DNA from: Candidatus Peregrinibacteria bacterium | GTDB lineage: Bacteria > Patescibacteriota > Gracilibacteria > UBA1369 > 2-02-FULL-48-14 | Direction: 5' to 3' | DNA: 64,000 nt | Assembly: GCA_018658105.1 (NCBI GenBank) | Contig: JABHVW010000012.1 | Coordinates: 9,604 to 73,603 of the forward strand | Shown here: positions 42,889 through 54,915 of the stretch, in pieces | Layout of the letters: each line of letters opens with the position of its first letter | Position numbering within the stretch: the stretch's first letter is position 1 | The notes under the pieces: generated by a model | Databases searched by the model: none | What the model saw: only the letters and a program-made list of their open reading frames with translations | Told to the model about the DNA's origin: nothing | Made by a program: the position numbers and the translations under genes

Positions 42889-45231
42889 ATGGCAGACGAT
42901 TCTACGCCCGGAAACGATCAAAGCACTGCAGTAAGCCAAAATCAGGCTGCTTCGTCTGTGCTTGTTCCGAACCCTGAAATTGCTCAAGAGGCTGTTAAAG
43001 CGCCTGTTAAGGGTGCTCCTGAGACAAAAGCTCAAGTGAAAGAGGAAGTTGCAGCGCAAAAAGAGGCTCAACCAAAAACAACAGTTTCGAAGGGTGTTCA
43101 GAAAAAAGCTGCGGCAGCGGCTAAGCAAATAGATGCTGCAAAGAAAAAAGAAGAAGTTGAGCAAAAGAAGAAAATTATGGAGGCTGAAGGGCTTTTCCAA
43201 GAAGGTATTGCCTCAATTAGAGATTTAATTGCACCTTCTTCATTTGAAATAAATTATGATCATGTAAAGATTGATGGGCTGTATTCTCAGACTTTCTTTG
43301 TTTATACCTATCCACGTTATATTGATACGAACTGGCTTTCGCCAATTGTGAATTATGACGTAACTATGGACGTTTCTCAGTTTATTTATCCGATTGATTC
43401 GGTGCAAATAATGAAAACTCTTAAGACGAAAGTTGCTCAACTGAGTTCGTCTATAAGGATTAGTTCAGAAAAGGGTAATGTTCGAAATCCGGCGCTTGAA
43501 ACTGCGCTTGAAGATGCTGAGCAATTACGTACTGAGCTACAACGAGGTCAGGAGAAATTCTTTCAATTTGGAATGTATTTTACTCTTTATTCAGAGGATG
43601 AAGATGAATTAAGACGTGCATCAAAGGAGCTTCAGAGCTTGCTTGCTGGTAAACTTGTTTTGACTAAACGTGCAGATTTACAGATGGAGCGTGGCTTTAA
43701 TTCTACAATTCCAATTTGTCTTGATGAACTTGAGACGGATCGAAATATGAATACTTCGCCGCTTTCTACGACTTTCCCGTTTATTTCTTCGGAGCTAACT
43801 TCGAATGATGGGGTGCTTTATGGTTTGAATCGACACAATGAATCATTGATTATTTTTGATAGGTTCTCGCTTGAAAATGCTAATAGTGTTGTATTTGCGA
43901 AATCTGGTGCTGGTAAATCTTATGCTGTGAAACTTGAAATTTTGCGGTCATTAATGATGGATACGGATGTGATTGTGATTGATCCTGAAAATGAATATAA
44001 ACCGCTTTGTGACACTGTTGGTGGTACTTATTTGAATGTTTCTTTGAATTCAGATAGACGTATTAATCCCTTTGATTTGCCGACTCCACTCGAGGGTGAA
44101 GAGGTTAAGCCAGGTGATTTGCTGCGTAGTAGTATTATTAATCTGACGGGTTTGATGCGATTGATGCTTGGTGAGATTTCTCCTCAAGAAGAAGGTATTT
44201 TAGATAAAGCTTTGATTGATACATATTCAACAAAAGGTGTGACAATGGACACGGTTGATCCTTCACAATTTAAGGTGCCGACCATGGAGGATTTTTACAG
44301 TGTGCTTTCATCGATGGATGGAGCTGAAAATATGGCGCAGAGGATTGCAAAATATGTAACTGGTACTTATGCTGGTGTGTTTAATCAAGAAACGAATGTG
44401 ACGCTCGATACTGGTTTGATGGTGTTTTCTGTTCGTGATCTTGAAGATGAGCTGCGGCCGATTGCGATGTATATTATTTTGAATTACATCTGGAATCGAG
44501 TTCGTTCGACTTTGAAAAAACGTATGCTTGTAATTGATGAGGCGTGGTCTTTGATGCAACATGAAGATAGTGCGAAGTTCTTATTTGGACTTGTGAAGAG
44601 GGCGCGTAAATATTATTTGGGTGTGGCGACAATTACTCAAGATGTTGAGGATTTTGTGCGCAGTCCATATGGTAAGCCGATTATTACGAATTCGTCGATG
44701 CAGCTGCTTTTGAAGCAGTCGCCTTCGGCAATTGAGCCGCTGACTAAGATTTTTAATCTGACAGAAGGGGAGAAGTATATGCTTCTGAATTCTGGGGTTG
44801 GGCAAGGGCTTTTCTTTGCTGGACTGAAACACGTTGCTATTCAAATTATTGCTTCATTTAGTGAAGATAAAATTGTTACTACAAATCCTGAAGAGCTTTT
44901 GGCTCAAAGTAATGCGACGGCTGAATATGAAGAGACTGCTGCTGAAGAAGCAGCGCCTGCTGCACCGGCAGTTGCCGATGCTCCTGTTGAAGCCACTCCT
45001 GAACCTGAAACTGAAGTGCCTGTGGCTGAAACTGTGGCGCCAGTTGCACCTGAAGCGGCTGTAGTGGCTGAGCCGGCTGTTCAAGAAATTCCTATTCAAG
45101 AAGCTACACCTGCTGTTGCAGAGGTGCCGATTGCGCCGGCTACACCAGTTGCTGAAGCTGTTGTGACTCCAGAAGAGCAAGCATTAGCAGAAGGGTTTGA
45201 GGATAATTCTGGGGATGTGCTTGGGGCTTAA
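42889..45231 (+). CDS. VirB4/TraC/TrbE-like type IV secretion or conjugation ATPase with low-complexity N- and C-terminal tails
   Basis: Walker A VFAKSGAGKSYAV, Walker B MLVIDEAWSLM, and ATITQDVEDF. The N-terminal 100 aa are K/A/E/Q-rich and the C-terminal 120 aa are A/P/E/V-rich (APAAPAVADAPVEATPEPE...). Confidence 0.72.
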   Translation: MADDSTPGNDQSTAVSQNQAASSVLVPNPEIAQEAVKAPVKGAPETKAQVKEEVAAQKEAQPKTTVSKGVQKKAAAAAKQIDAAKKKEEVEQKKKIMEAEGLFQEGIASIRDLIAPSSFEINYDHVKIDGLYSQTFFVYTYPRYIDTNWLSPIVNYDVTMDVSQFIYPIDSVQIMKTLKTKVAQLSSSIRISSEKGNVRNPALETALEDAEQLRTELQRGQEKFFQFGMYFTLYSEDEDELRRASKELQSLLAGKLVLTKRADLQMERGFNSTIPICLDELETDRNMNTSPLSTTFPFISSELTSNDGVLYGLNRHNESLIIFDRFSLENANSVVFAKSGAGKSYAVKLEILRSLMMDTDVIVIDPENEYKPLCDTVGGTYLNVSLNSDRRINPFDLPTPLEGEEVKPGDLLRSSIINLTGLMRLMLGEISPQEEGILDKALIDTYSTKGVTMDTVDPSQFKVPTMEDFYSVLSSMDGAENMAQRIAKYVTGTYAGVFNQETNVTLDTGLMVFSVRDLEDELRPIAMYIILNYIWNRVRSTLKKRMLVIDEAWSLMQHEDSAKFLFGLVKRARKYYLGVATITQDVEDFVRSPYGKPIITNSSMQLLLKQSPSAIEPLTKIFNLTEGEKYMLLNSGVGQGLFFAGLKHVAIQIIASFSEDKIVTTNPEELLAQSNATAEYEETAAEEAAPAAPAVADAPVEATPEPETEVPVAETVAPVAPEAAVVAEPAVQEIPIQEATPAVAEVPIAPATPVAEAVVTPEEQALAEGFEDNSGDVLGA

Positions 45232-45247
45232 TTTTGTGCCTTGCGTT

Positions 45248-45649
45248 TCACTTGAACAAACGTGTTATTTGTCTTTTGAAAAAATCAAGTATGGTACCGA
45301 AAATATAGCCAACCAGGAAGAATTGGAAAAATCCAAGGAATATTGCGAAAGGTGCTGCTGCAATTATTAATATAATTTCTAGTGGTCTTGAAACTGCTAA
45401 ACTAGTTAGTGCTTCGAATCCTGCTACTATTAAACCTATTAATACTAATGGAAGTGTTCCTAGGGTATGAGTCATCATAATAACAAATCCACCTTCGCTA
45501 CATGACTTATCAAGTATGCCAAGGCATGAAAGTGTGATTGGTAGAATGATTATTAAGAGGTCTAGGGCAATTAAGGTCATACCAATGTGTATACCAAATT
45601 GGTTTTTGAAGACCTTTTTAAATAGATTTTTTGCTTTTGTTAATTTCAT
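45248..45649 (-). CDS. Small polytopic membrane protein (hypothetical)
   Basis: The track ORF runs to 45916 but then overlaps the divergent gene. I chose the internal start MKLTKAKNLFKK at 45649. It has 3-4 TM segments. Confidence 0.45.
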   Translation of the reverse strand: MKLTKAKNLFKKVFKNQFGIHIGMTLIALDLLIIILPITLSCLGILDKSCSEGGFVIMMTHTLGTLPLVLIGLIVAGFEALTSLAVSRPLEIILIIAAAPFAIFLGFFQFFLVGYIFGTILDFFKRQITRLFK

Positions 45650-45683
45650 TGATTTGATTCTTTCATAGATGTAGGTTTTTGTC

Positions 45684-46178
45684 ATGCGAGAAAATGATTT
45701 TTTACAGGAGAGGTTGGATGTTCTGCTTAAGAATAATTTTGCAGATGTTGAGCGGCCGAATGAGATTAAAATTGCTTTTGGGCGCCGCGCTAAGCGGCGT
45801 TTTGGTTCTATTAAAATGGATAGGCCGACTTTGCTGAAGAAAAACCCGGCTAGTATTATTACTATTAATGGTTTGTTTCGTGATGAGAAAATTCCTGCAC
45901 AAATTATTGAAGCCACTATTGCACATGAGCTTTGCCATTATGCACATGGATTTTCTTCGCCTTTGCCAAAGAAATATGAAAAGCCACATCAGGGTGGTGT
46001 GATAAAGCGTGAAATGAAAAAGCGTGATTTAGTTTTTTTGTATGACTATGAGCAGCTTTGGACGAAGCAAAATTGGGTGAAAATTCTGGGTGAATCTTTC
46101 CCTCAAACTAGAAGAGTGAGGCGCCGTAAGCAGCCAAAAACATTATCTCAACTCTTGGCTCAGCTTTTGAAACCATAG
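45684..46178 (+). CDS. SprT-like/HExxH zinc metalloprotease-domain protein
   Basis: IAHELCHYAHG motif preceded by FGRRAKRRFGSIKM...IITINGLF, and a basic C-terminal tail. Confidence 0.55.
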   Translation: MRENDFLQERLDVLLKNNFADVERPNEIKIAFGRRAKRRFGSIKMDRPTLLKKNPASIITINGLFRDEKIPAQIIEATIAHELCHYAHGFSSPLPKKYEKPHQGGVIKREMKKRDLVFLYDYEQLWTKQNWVKILGESFPQTRRVRRRKQPKTLSQLLAQLLKP

Positions 46179-47777
46179 TTCGTCTTCGTCGCCATCAATC
46201 ATAATATCTGGAGTAACTCCGACTTCTTGTATTGAGACTCTTTCTGAATTGAGCCACTCGGCAATCGTTAATTTAATGCCTGAGCCGTCCCAATAGTTAA
46301 TGATTTGTTGAGCTGTGCCTTTGCCATAGGTTTGGTGGCCGATTACTGTTGCGTTACCAGTTGCTTGCAAAGTTGATGTAACAATTTCAGATGCAGATGC
46401 GCTGAGGCCATCTACAAAAATGTATAAAGGATAGTCTTGGTAAGGGCCGAAGTCACCGTTGTATAGAGTTTCTTCTGTTCCGCCGTAATCAAAAGTCATC
46501 AGTGGCTCAAGGTGGTCAAGGAATAGGCCAGAAATATAATTTGCGGCGTTTACATAACCTCCAACATTTCCACGAAAATCTAGAACGATGGCTTTTGGCC
46601 TTTTAACTTCTGATTCAAGTTCTGCAAAAATTGCATCGAGTCTTTTTGGAGTTTGGCTCGCGAAAGTGTTGACGTCTATGTACCAAACGTTGTTTTCAAT
46701 TATTTCTCCAGTTTCAGATTTTGAAACTAATGCTTTACGTGTGATGTTGAAATCTAGCTCTTTGTGATCTCTTAAAATTGTGATTTGTACGTCTGTCCCT
46801 TCTGCTCCACGAATTCTTGAAACAACAGTTTCAATTTGCATTTCCCCAACAAAAATTCCATCTACATGAGTAATGATGTCACCTTTTTCTACGCCCAGTT
46901 CTTTAGCGGGTGAGCCTTCTACAAAATCTGTGATGATTACCTCAAGATTTTCTGGATCTTGATCTACATATACGCCAATGCCTTGGTAGTCGCCTTCAAT
47001 ATTTCCTGTAAAAATTTGATTTTCATCTTCGCTGAAATATGTGGTGTATTTGTCGTCGAGGCTTAGAAGCATGCCTTTGATTGCTGCTTGAAAGAGAGCA
47101 TCTGGGTCAATTCTTGTGCCGCTTGGGAGATATAAATCGTTGTTAATTCGATTCCATATATCAGCGAAAATACCTGACTTGTGAAAAAGCTCTTCTTCGC
47201 TCGCGAGTTCAAGATTGTTGTCTTGTTCGAATTGGAAAATCAGATCTGCAAATTCACCTCTTGTAATGGAGACGTTGGGTCTGAATTTCTGGGCGGTGTT
47301 CTCACTTAAAATTCCGTTATCGACTGCTCTTTTAATGATGTCATATAAAGGGTAGTCGGCTTTTACGTCGCTAAATAGGTCGTATCGGTCTTGGCTTCTA
47401 ACGATTTGGCTGCCCATTCCATAGGCTTTTAGTAAAATGTTTAGCGCATCAACTCGGCGAATTGCTCTTTCTGCCTCAAATGTTTCTGAATTTAATAGGT
47501 TGTTTTCTTTTGCTAATGCGGCATATGGGGCAAACCAAGCGTCTGCTGGGACGTCATTATAGTTGGATTTTACGTCATTTTCGCCGTTTTCGCCTGCAAC
47601 TCTAAAGGTGATTTTGAAGAGTGCGGCTCTATTTATGAGCTTTTCTTCGTGGAATTCCTTGCTGGTGTCTATTGCACCAACTAATTCTAAATATTCAATT
47701 GCAGACTGAAAATCGCTTGCTGCTGCGAATGGAATGCTTATAAGTGAGATTATTAGGCCTAAAAGTAGTTTTTTCAT
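46143..47777 (-). CDS. C-terminal processing peptidase (S41, Ctp/Tsp-like) with N-terminal SLH-like repeats and a PDZ domain
   Basis: Signal peptide MKKLLLGLIISLISIPFAAAS, SLH-like NYNDVPADAWFAPYAALAKENNLL, PDZ-like GDIITHVDG, and S41 core RGNVGGY...DGLSASASEI...YGKGTAQ. Confidence 0.85.
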   Translation of the reverse strand: MKKLLLGLIISLISIPFAAASDFQSAIEYLELVGAIDTSKEFHEEKLINRAALFKITFRVAGENGENDVKSNYNDVPADAWFAPYAALAKENNLLNSETFEAERAIRRVDALNILLKAYGMGSQIVRSQDRYDLFSDVKADYPLYDIIKRAVDNGILSENTAQKFRPNVSITRGEFADLIFQFEQDNNLELASEEELFHKSGIFADIWNRINNDLYLPSGTRIDPDALFQAAIKGMLLSLDDKYTTYFSEDENQIFTGNIEGDYQGIGVYVDQDPENLEVIITDFVEGSPAKELGVEKGDIITHVDGIFVGEMQIETVVSRIRGAEGTDVQITILRDHKELDFNITRKALVSKSETGEIIENNVWYIDVNTFASQTPKRLDAIFAELESEVKRPKAIVLDFRGNVGGYVNAANYISGLFLDHLEPLMTFDYGGTEETLYNGDFGPYQDYPLYIFVDGLSASASEIVTSTLQATGNATVIGHQTYGKGTAQQIINYWDGSGIKLTIAEWLNSERVSIQEVGVTPDIMIDGDEDELWFQKLSQELR

Positions 47778-47838
47778 CGGGATTTTTTAAGGACGCTTAG
47801 AATACGGGTATATTTTGGGATTTGCAAAGTTTTATCCC

Positions 47839-47867
47839 TTCAAAAAATGGCTGAAATCTGGTATAAT
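47839..47867 (+). promoter_or_regulatory. Sigma70-like promoter TTCAAA-17-TGgTATAAT
   Basis: Read directly. It lies 21 nt upstream of the ATG at 47888. Confidence 0.5.
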
Positions 47868-47887
47868 TAAGAGATTAAAACCATGAA

Positions 47888-50140
47888 ATGAAAGTACCAG
47901 TTCTAGTAAATATGTTGGTTGTGGCGGTGATAGCGCTGACTGTGGGAATGTTCAGTCTGATTAGCTATGGTGAGCCTGATTTTAGTGTGATGAATGATTT
48001 TGAGCTTTCAGGTGAAATGGCCTTTGATGAGCTTGTGAAATCAACTTCAACGAGTGTGCTTAGGCAAAACGGAAGAGATTCTGTAGTGCTGATGTCTGGT
48101 GCTGAAGCTGAGCTTCATTTCGATGAGGAAACTGGGAATGTAAATGTTGATTTGCAGTCTGGTGCAGTGCTTTTTGCAACTTTGGCTGGTGACTTTACAG
48201 TAAGTGTTACTAGTGATTTTGCGAGAGTTGATTCACGAGGAAATATGGCATATGTGGAGCTTGAGGAATCTTCAATGCAAGTTTACGCATTGGATCATCC
48301 TTCGGAAATTACTTTCACACTTGAAGATGAAGATTTGAATACACTTTCTGTGCCAGCGTTGCATAGGGTTAAAGTGTCATCTGCGAAAGTTACAGATACA
48401 GTTGGCCGTTTGCGTTTAGCGAAATTGTCTAAGGAGTTTCCTGCAATTGATTTAAAAGATGAAGATTATTCAGTTGATTTGTTAACTCAGATCTCTGCAA
48501 TTGAGGCTTCATATAGTGAATCTTCGATTGAGCTTTTGAATGCTTTCCAAGTAAATAGTGATTTTGGTCCTGATAGGGATGGAGTTGCTGGAGGTTTAAC
48601 TGATGTGCTTTCTACATTTGAGGAGACGGTGACTGTTTTGCCACATGCTGAAGAGCGATTGCTTTCGGATTCTGGTGAAGATGCGCTGACTTATGCGGTG
48701 AGTCATTATTTATATGGTGAAGAGCGCGAAGGTGATTTGTGGCTTGCGGAATGGGAAATGGGTGAATATGCAGATGAGGAGATTGAAGAGCTTTATGCGT
48801 CTTTATTCTTTGTTTTGCCTGGTGATCAGCTTTATTCGTTGAAGTCGGCCGTTTCTAAAAAATTATATTCTGGTGATGCACTTTTGGATTCGCTCCGAAG
48901 GCAATATCAAGAAATTGAAAGTCTTTTAGATAGATCATCTTTGCTTGCGGCTGAAGAAGCTTTTGCGAGTTATAAGATGGAATTTCAAAATGCTTTGAGA
49001 AGTGGAGTATTTGATGAGGCGCGTTATTTGCCGGAAATTAATCGTGAATATGTTTTACTTGAGCTTTTATTGAGAAGTCATGCAGTTTTTTATTCAGTTG
49101 ATGATGTTGTGCTTTTATCTGATTTGGAGGCGAAGATTCTTTCTCTTTCAGGTAGTACAAAAGATCTAGATGAAGAAAGACAGACATTCATTCAAAGTAA
49201 GCTAAGATTTTTAGCTAATCTTTTTGAATTCGTAATTGATAAGAAAGTTTCTCCTGCAGATGCTGAGGGGCTTGCGAATGATCTCTTGATTGCTGCTCAA
49301 TCTTATTTGGGTGGAATATCTTCTGAAATTGCAGTTTATGATTACTTTGTTTCTGAACTGGATTTATATGAGCTTTCAATTGATTTCATGAGTTCACTTG
49401 AATTTTATTCTTACGCTTCGTTTGAAGAAGGTTTGGCTGCGTATTCTGAAAAAGTTGAGGATGTTGATGAGCTAAATGAATATTTGCAAGAAATTCGAGT
49501 TGGTGTTGATGTGAATCCTATTGTTGAGATTACTTTGGAGGATGCGATTATCGAGGTAGGGCAAGCGATGGTTTACAATCAAATTCAATATGCAGATTTG
49601 GATTCTCTGGGAGATGCTGAATTGCGATTGTTTGATGTGATTGGTGGGCGAACTGCCGGATATAAATTTGAAGCGAGATACGATAGAATTACAGGTCTAT
49701 TATATGACTTGGTTGTTGAAGAAGATTTGCGGTTTTCAACTGGAATTGCCATTGAATCTGCACATGATGTAATTGAGCAAGCTTTGGCTGAGCCTGAAGA
49801 AGAAGAAGAGGTTTTGGAGGATGAAGTTACTGATGAGCCTTCGCTTAGAGATGGCGTTGCATATGCTCATGCTGAATCTCAATTTGAGGCAGCAGGTTTC
49901 GATTTAGACTCTTTGACTTTGGAATTGCTTGCTGAGGATTCATTCTCATTTGAAGGTGAATTAGGCGCAAGTCGTTTGCCAGTTTCTGGTGTATATGACG
50001 GTGAAACTGAAAAAGTGAGCCAGATATTTTGGGAGTTTGATGATGGCTTACAAAGTTTACCTAGTACAGACTTATCAAATCTGAATACTGCGATTATGGC
50101 GATGAAGGCTGCATTAGAAGCTGCAGAGCTTGAGGGGTAA
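47888..50140 (+). CDS. Membrane-anchored acidic protein with a FecR-like beta-sandwich followed by a long helical region (hypothetical)
   Basis: N-terminal TM segment. VLMSGAEAELHFDEETGNVNVDLQSGAVLFATLAGDFTVSVTSDFARVDSRGNMAYVEL resembles the FecR domain pattern. Confidence 0.55.
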   Translation: MKVPVLVNMLVVAVIALTVGMFSLISYGEPDFSVMNDFELSGEMAFDELVKSTSTSVLRQNGRDSVVLMSGAEAELHFDEETGNVNVDLQSGAVLFATLAGDFTVSVTSDFARVDSRGNMAYVELEESSMQVYALDHPSEITFTLEDEDLNTLSVPALHRVKVSSAKVTDTVGRLRLAKLSKEFPAIDLKDEDYSVDLLTQISAIEASYSESSIELLNAFQVNSDFGPDRDGVAGGLTDVLSTFEETVTVLPHAEERLLSDSGEDALTYAVSHYLYGEEREGDLWLAEWEMGEYADEEIEELYASLFFVLPGDQLYSLKSAVSKKLYSGDALLDSLRRQYQEIESLLDRSSLLAAEEAFASYKMEFQNALRSGVFDEARYLPEINREYVLLELLLRSHAVFYSVDDVVLLSDLEAKILSLSGSTKDLDEERQTFIQSKLRFLANLFEFVIDKKVSPADAEGLANDLLIAAQSYLGGISSEIAVYDYFVSELDLYELSIDFMSSLEFYSYASFEEGLAAYSEKVEDVDELNEYLQEIRVGVDVNPIVEITLEDAIIEVGQAMVYNQIQYADLDSLGDAELRLFDVIGGRTAGYKFEARYDRITGLLYDLVVEEDLRFSTGIAIESAHDVIEQALAEPEEEEEVLEDEVTDEPSLRDGVAYAHAESQFEAAGFDLDSLTLELLAEDSFSFEGELGASRLPVSGVYDGETEKVSQIFWEFDDGLQSLPSTDLSNLNTAIMAMKAALEAAELEG

Positions 50141-50196
50141 ACTTGACGTGGTGGATTTAATGGCGTAAAGCTGTTTTGTATTTTACAAATAATTTT

Positions 50197-50670
50197 ATGT
50201 CTAGGCGTTATACGGGTCACCTGAAATATTTTCAACCAAGGGATGGTATTCTTGGTGGATCAGAGGGTGAAGTTCAACCGGAGCTTGTGCCTGCTAATAC
50301 TGTTGTTGATCCTAGGGTTCAGAGGTCTAATGAGACTCATGCTGAATGGCAAACTAGGCTTCTTTTAGATGAAATAGCTGAAGAGGAAGCAGAAGCGGAA
50401 AGGGCGTGTGTTGCTGAACAGGTTAAAGGTACTGCTGAAATTGGTGGTTTGATGTCTGATATTTATGCTGCAATAAATGAACATGGCTATTCACGTCCTA
50501 TTGAAATTACATATTCAAATGGTAGCACTTTTACAGTACCTCTTTCTGAAAATGTTAGAGTAGAGGGTTTTACCTTGCTTTATACTCCGAATCAAAACTT
50601 GAGATGTGGAGGGCGTTTTAGAGAGGAACAGGTCTCTCTGCGTGGGGCTGTTTCTGTGAGAAAAAAATAA
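50197..50670 (+). CDS. Hypothetical protein
   Basis: The track start at 50176 is TTG and the first ATG is at 50197. No motif was recognised. Confidence 0.45.
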   Translation: MSRRYTGHLKYFQPRDGILGGSEGEVQPELVPANTVVDPRVQRSNETHAEWQTRLLLDEIAEEEAEAERACVAEQVKGTAEIGGLMSDIYAAINEHGYSRPIEITYSNGSTFTVPLSENVRVEGFTLLYTPNQNLRCGGRFREEQVSLRGAVSVRKK

Positions 50671-50728
50671 AAAAGATGTGACACTTGGTGGCTTGTCTGC
50701 TAGAATTCCGGCGCATTAATTTTGATAA

Positions 50729-53556
<2,828 letters not shown>

Positions 53557-53676
53557 TTAGTTGTTTGTCTAATAGGCTATAGATTTTTGATCTGTTTTTC
53601 AATTGTTTTTTCATGTCTGGCAAGTATTCAGGAAAAATTCAGCTTTTTTTCAGGTGGATTTGTTTATTGTTTGTTT

Positions 53677-54237
53677 ATGAAAAAAATATATCTATTACCG
53701 GTCTTAAGCGCTGCTTGTGTGCAGAGTATTTATGATGGGCCTGAGCAAGGTTATTTCGATACTGGTTTTGTTTCTTACTTGGCTGCTGAGTGTCACGATA
53801 AGGTAATGCAGCTTGAGCCGAATTTTTTGGTGGTCAGGCAAAATGCAAATGTGTCGCCAGTTTTGCGTGGTAGTGACGATAAAGTTTTCTTTACAGATGG
53901 CTTTATTGTGCCGCAGGAGCATCCGGGTGCTTTTTTGCAGCATACTGGAGCTTATTTGAGTTCGGCAGGTCAAAATCAGTATTGTTTCGGCAAGATTGAT
54001 CCTTTGAGTACTTCTAGAAGTTTTGAAATTGAGTTCAACTTGAGTAAGGAAGCCTGTGGTGATTTGGATATTTTTGAAGAGGAAAAACGCTTAAAAGTAT
54101 TCATTTATCATGATGATGGGGGTGAATGTACGGCACTTTATTCTAGGGGAAATGCTAAGGCAGCGGTCTTTAATTATGAAATATGGCTTAATTTAGAGGA
54201 TTTATCGTCTTCGACAGTTAAGAGGGATTCGGGCTGA
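53677..54237 (+). CDS. Putative lipoprotein (hypothetical)
   Basis: The internal start MKKIYLLPVLSAAC has a lipobox-like LSAAC. The track ORF from 53500 would overlap the divergent gene. Confidence 0.5.
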   Translation: MKKIYLLPVLSAACVQSIYDGPEQGYFDTGFVSYLAAECHDKVMQLEPNFLVVRQNANVSPVLRGSDDKVFFTDGFIVPQEHPGAFLQHTGAYLSSAGQNQYCFGKIDPLSTSRSFEIEFNLSKEACGDLDIFEEEKRLKVFIYHDDGGECTALYSRGNAKAAVFNYEIWLNLEDLSSSTVKRDSG

Positions 54238-54242
54238 TAATC

Positions 54243-54271
54243 TTGAATATTAACCTGCAATATGGTATAAT
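54243..54271 (+). promoter_or_regulatory. Sigma70-like promoter TTGAAT-17-TGgTATAAT
   Basis: Read directly. It supports the ATG at 54297 rather than the TTG at 54243 as the start of the next gene. Confidence 0.5.
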
Positions 54272-54296
54272 TATTAGAAATGTAAAGTTATTAAAT

Positions 54297-54593
54297 ATGG
54301 ATTACCTCGTCGAATTAGCAGAAGAGCAAGATATATTACTTGAGATTGGTGATTTTCAAGATTTGAAGCATTTAATTGAGATTTTGAATAATGTTTTTGA
54401 ATCTGTTGAATATAGACTTGAAAAGGTTGAGGGTAAAAAAGATACATATTTATTTTGTGAAGATCCTGATGGTGATGATGAATATGAGTGTGGAATGATA
54501 ATTAAGATGGGAAAAAAAGCTTATGCGTTTTCACCTGTTGTTCATGAATTAGTGCTTGGGGCCTACCAAAAATACCTTGATGAAACGGAGTAA
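54297..54593 (+). CDS. Small acidic hypothetical protein
   Basis: ATG at 54297 (MDYLVELAEEQ...), 98 aa, no recognised motif. Confidence 0.45.
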   Translation: MDYLVELAEEQDILLEIGDFQDLKHLIEILNNVFESVEYRLEKVEGKKDTYLFCEDPDGDDEYECGMIIKMGKKAYAFSPVVHELVLGAYQKYLDETE

Positions 54594-54611
54594 AGGTTTT
54601 TGAGTTTTGTG

Positions 54612-54640
54612 TTGACCTTATGGATTAGATTCCCTATAAT
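54612..54640 (+). promoter_or_regulatory. Near-consensus sigma70 promoter TTGACC-17-TATAAT
   Basis: TTGACC at 54612-54617 and TATAAT at 54635-54640, 22 nt upstream of the ATG at 54662. Confidence 0.55.
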
Positions 54641-54661
54641 CGGCGGGCTAATTTAATATAT

Positions 54662-54889
54662 ATGGCAAGAGCAAAAAACTATTTCGTTAAGTTCGATCCG
54701 AAAGAATCATCTGAAAAACGTGTTTCACGTTTGAAACAGTGGTTTAATCGTTCTCGAGTTGGGAATCTTGTTAAATCTCGCCGTTACCGTGACGATAAAA
54801 GGCACGTTAGCAAAAGAAAAGTAAGAGGTTCAGCTTTGATCCGTGAAAAGTACAGAGCAGAGCGTGAAAGAAAGAAATACTACCTATAG
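54662..54889 (+). CDS. rpsU: 30S ribosomal protein S21-like small basic protein
   Basis: 75 aa and highly basic. RLKQWFNRSRVGNLVKSRRYRDDKRHVSKRK resembles bS21 RFKR...G...RRR.FY.KP...RK. It has a strong promoter. Confidence 0.5.
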   Translation: MARAKNYFVKFDPKESSEKRVSRLKQWFNRSRVGNLVKSRRYRDDKRHVSKRKVRGSALIREKYRAERERKKYYL

Positions 54890-54915
54890 TCTTAATTCTA
54901 GTGTAATCTGATGCT

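Noticed and set aside
44834-45180. ORFs of 76 and 108 aa overlapping the 3' end of the VirB4-like gene
   Set aside because: They are alternative-frame readings of the GC-richer, repetitive Ala/Pro/Glu/Val tail, with no independent support.
45650-45916. Longer 222-aa version of the minus-strand membrane ORF
   Set aside because: The upstream 89 codons overlap the divergent SprT-like gene, whose HExxH motif supports it. They are also basic and low-complexity. The hydrophobic protein proper starts at MKLTKAKN (45649).
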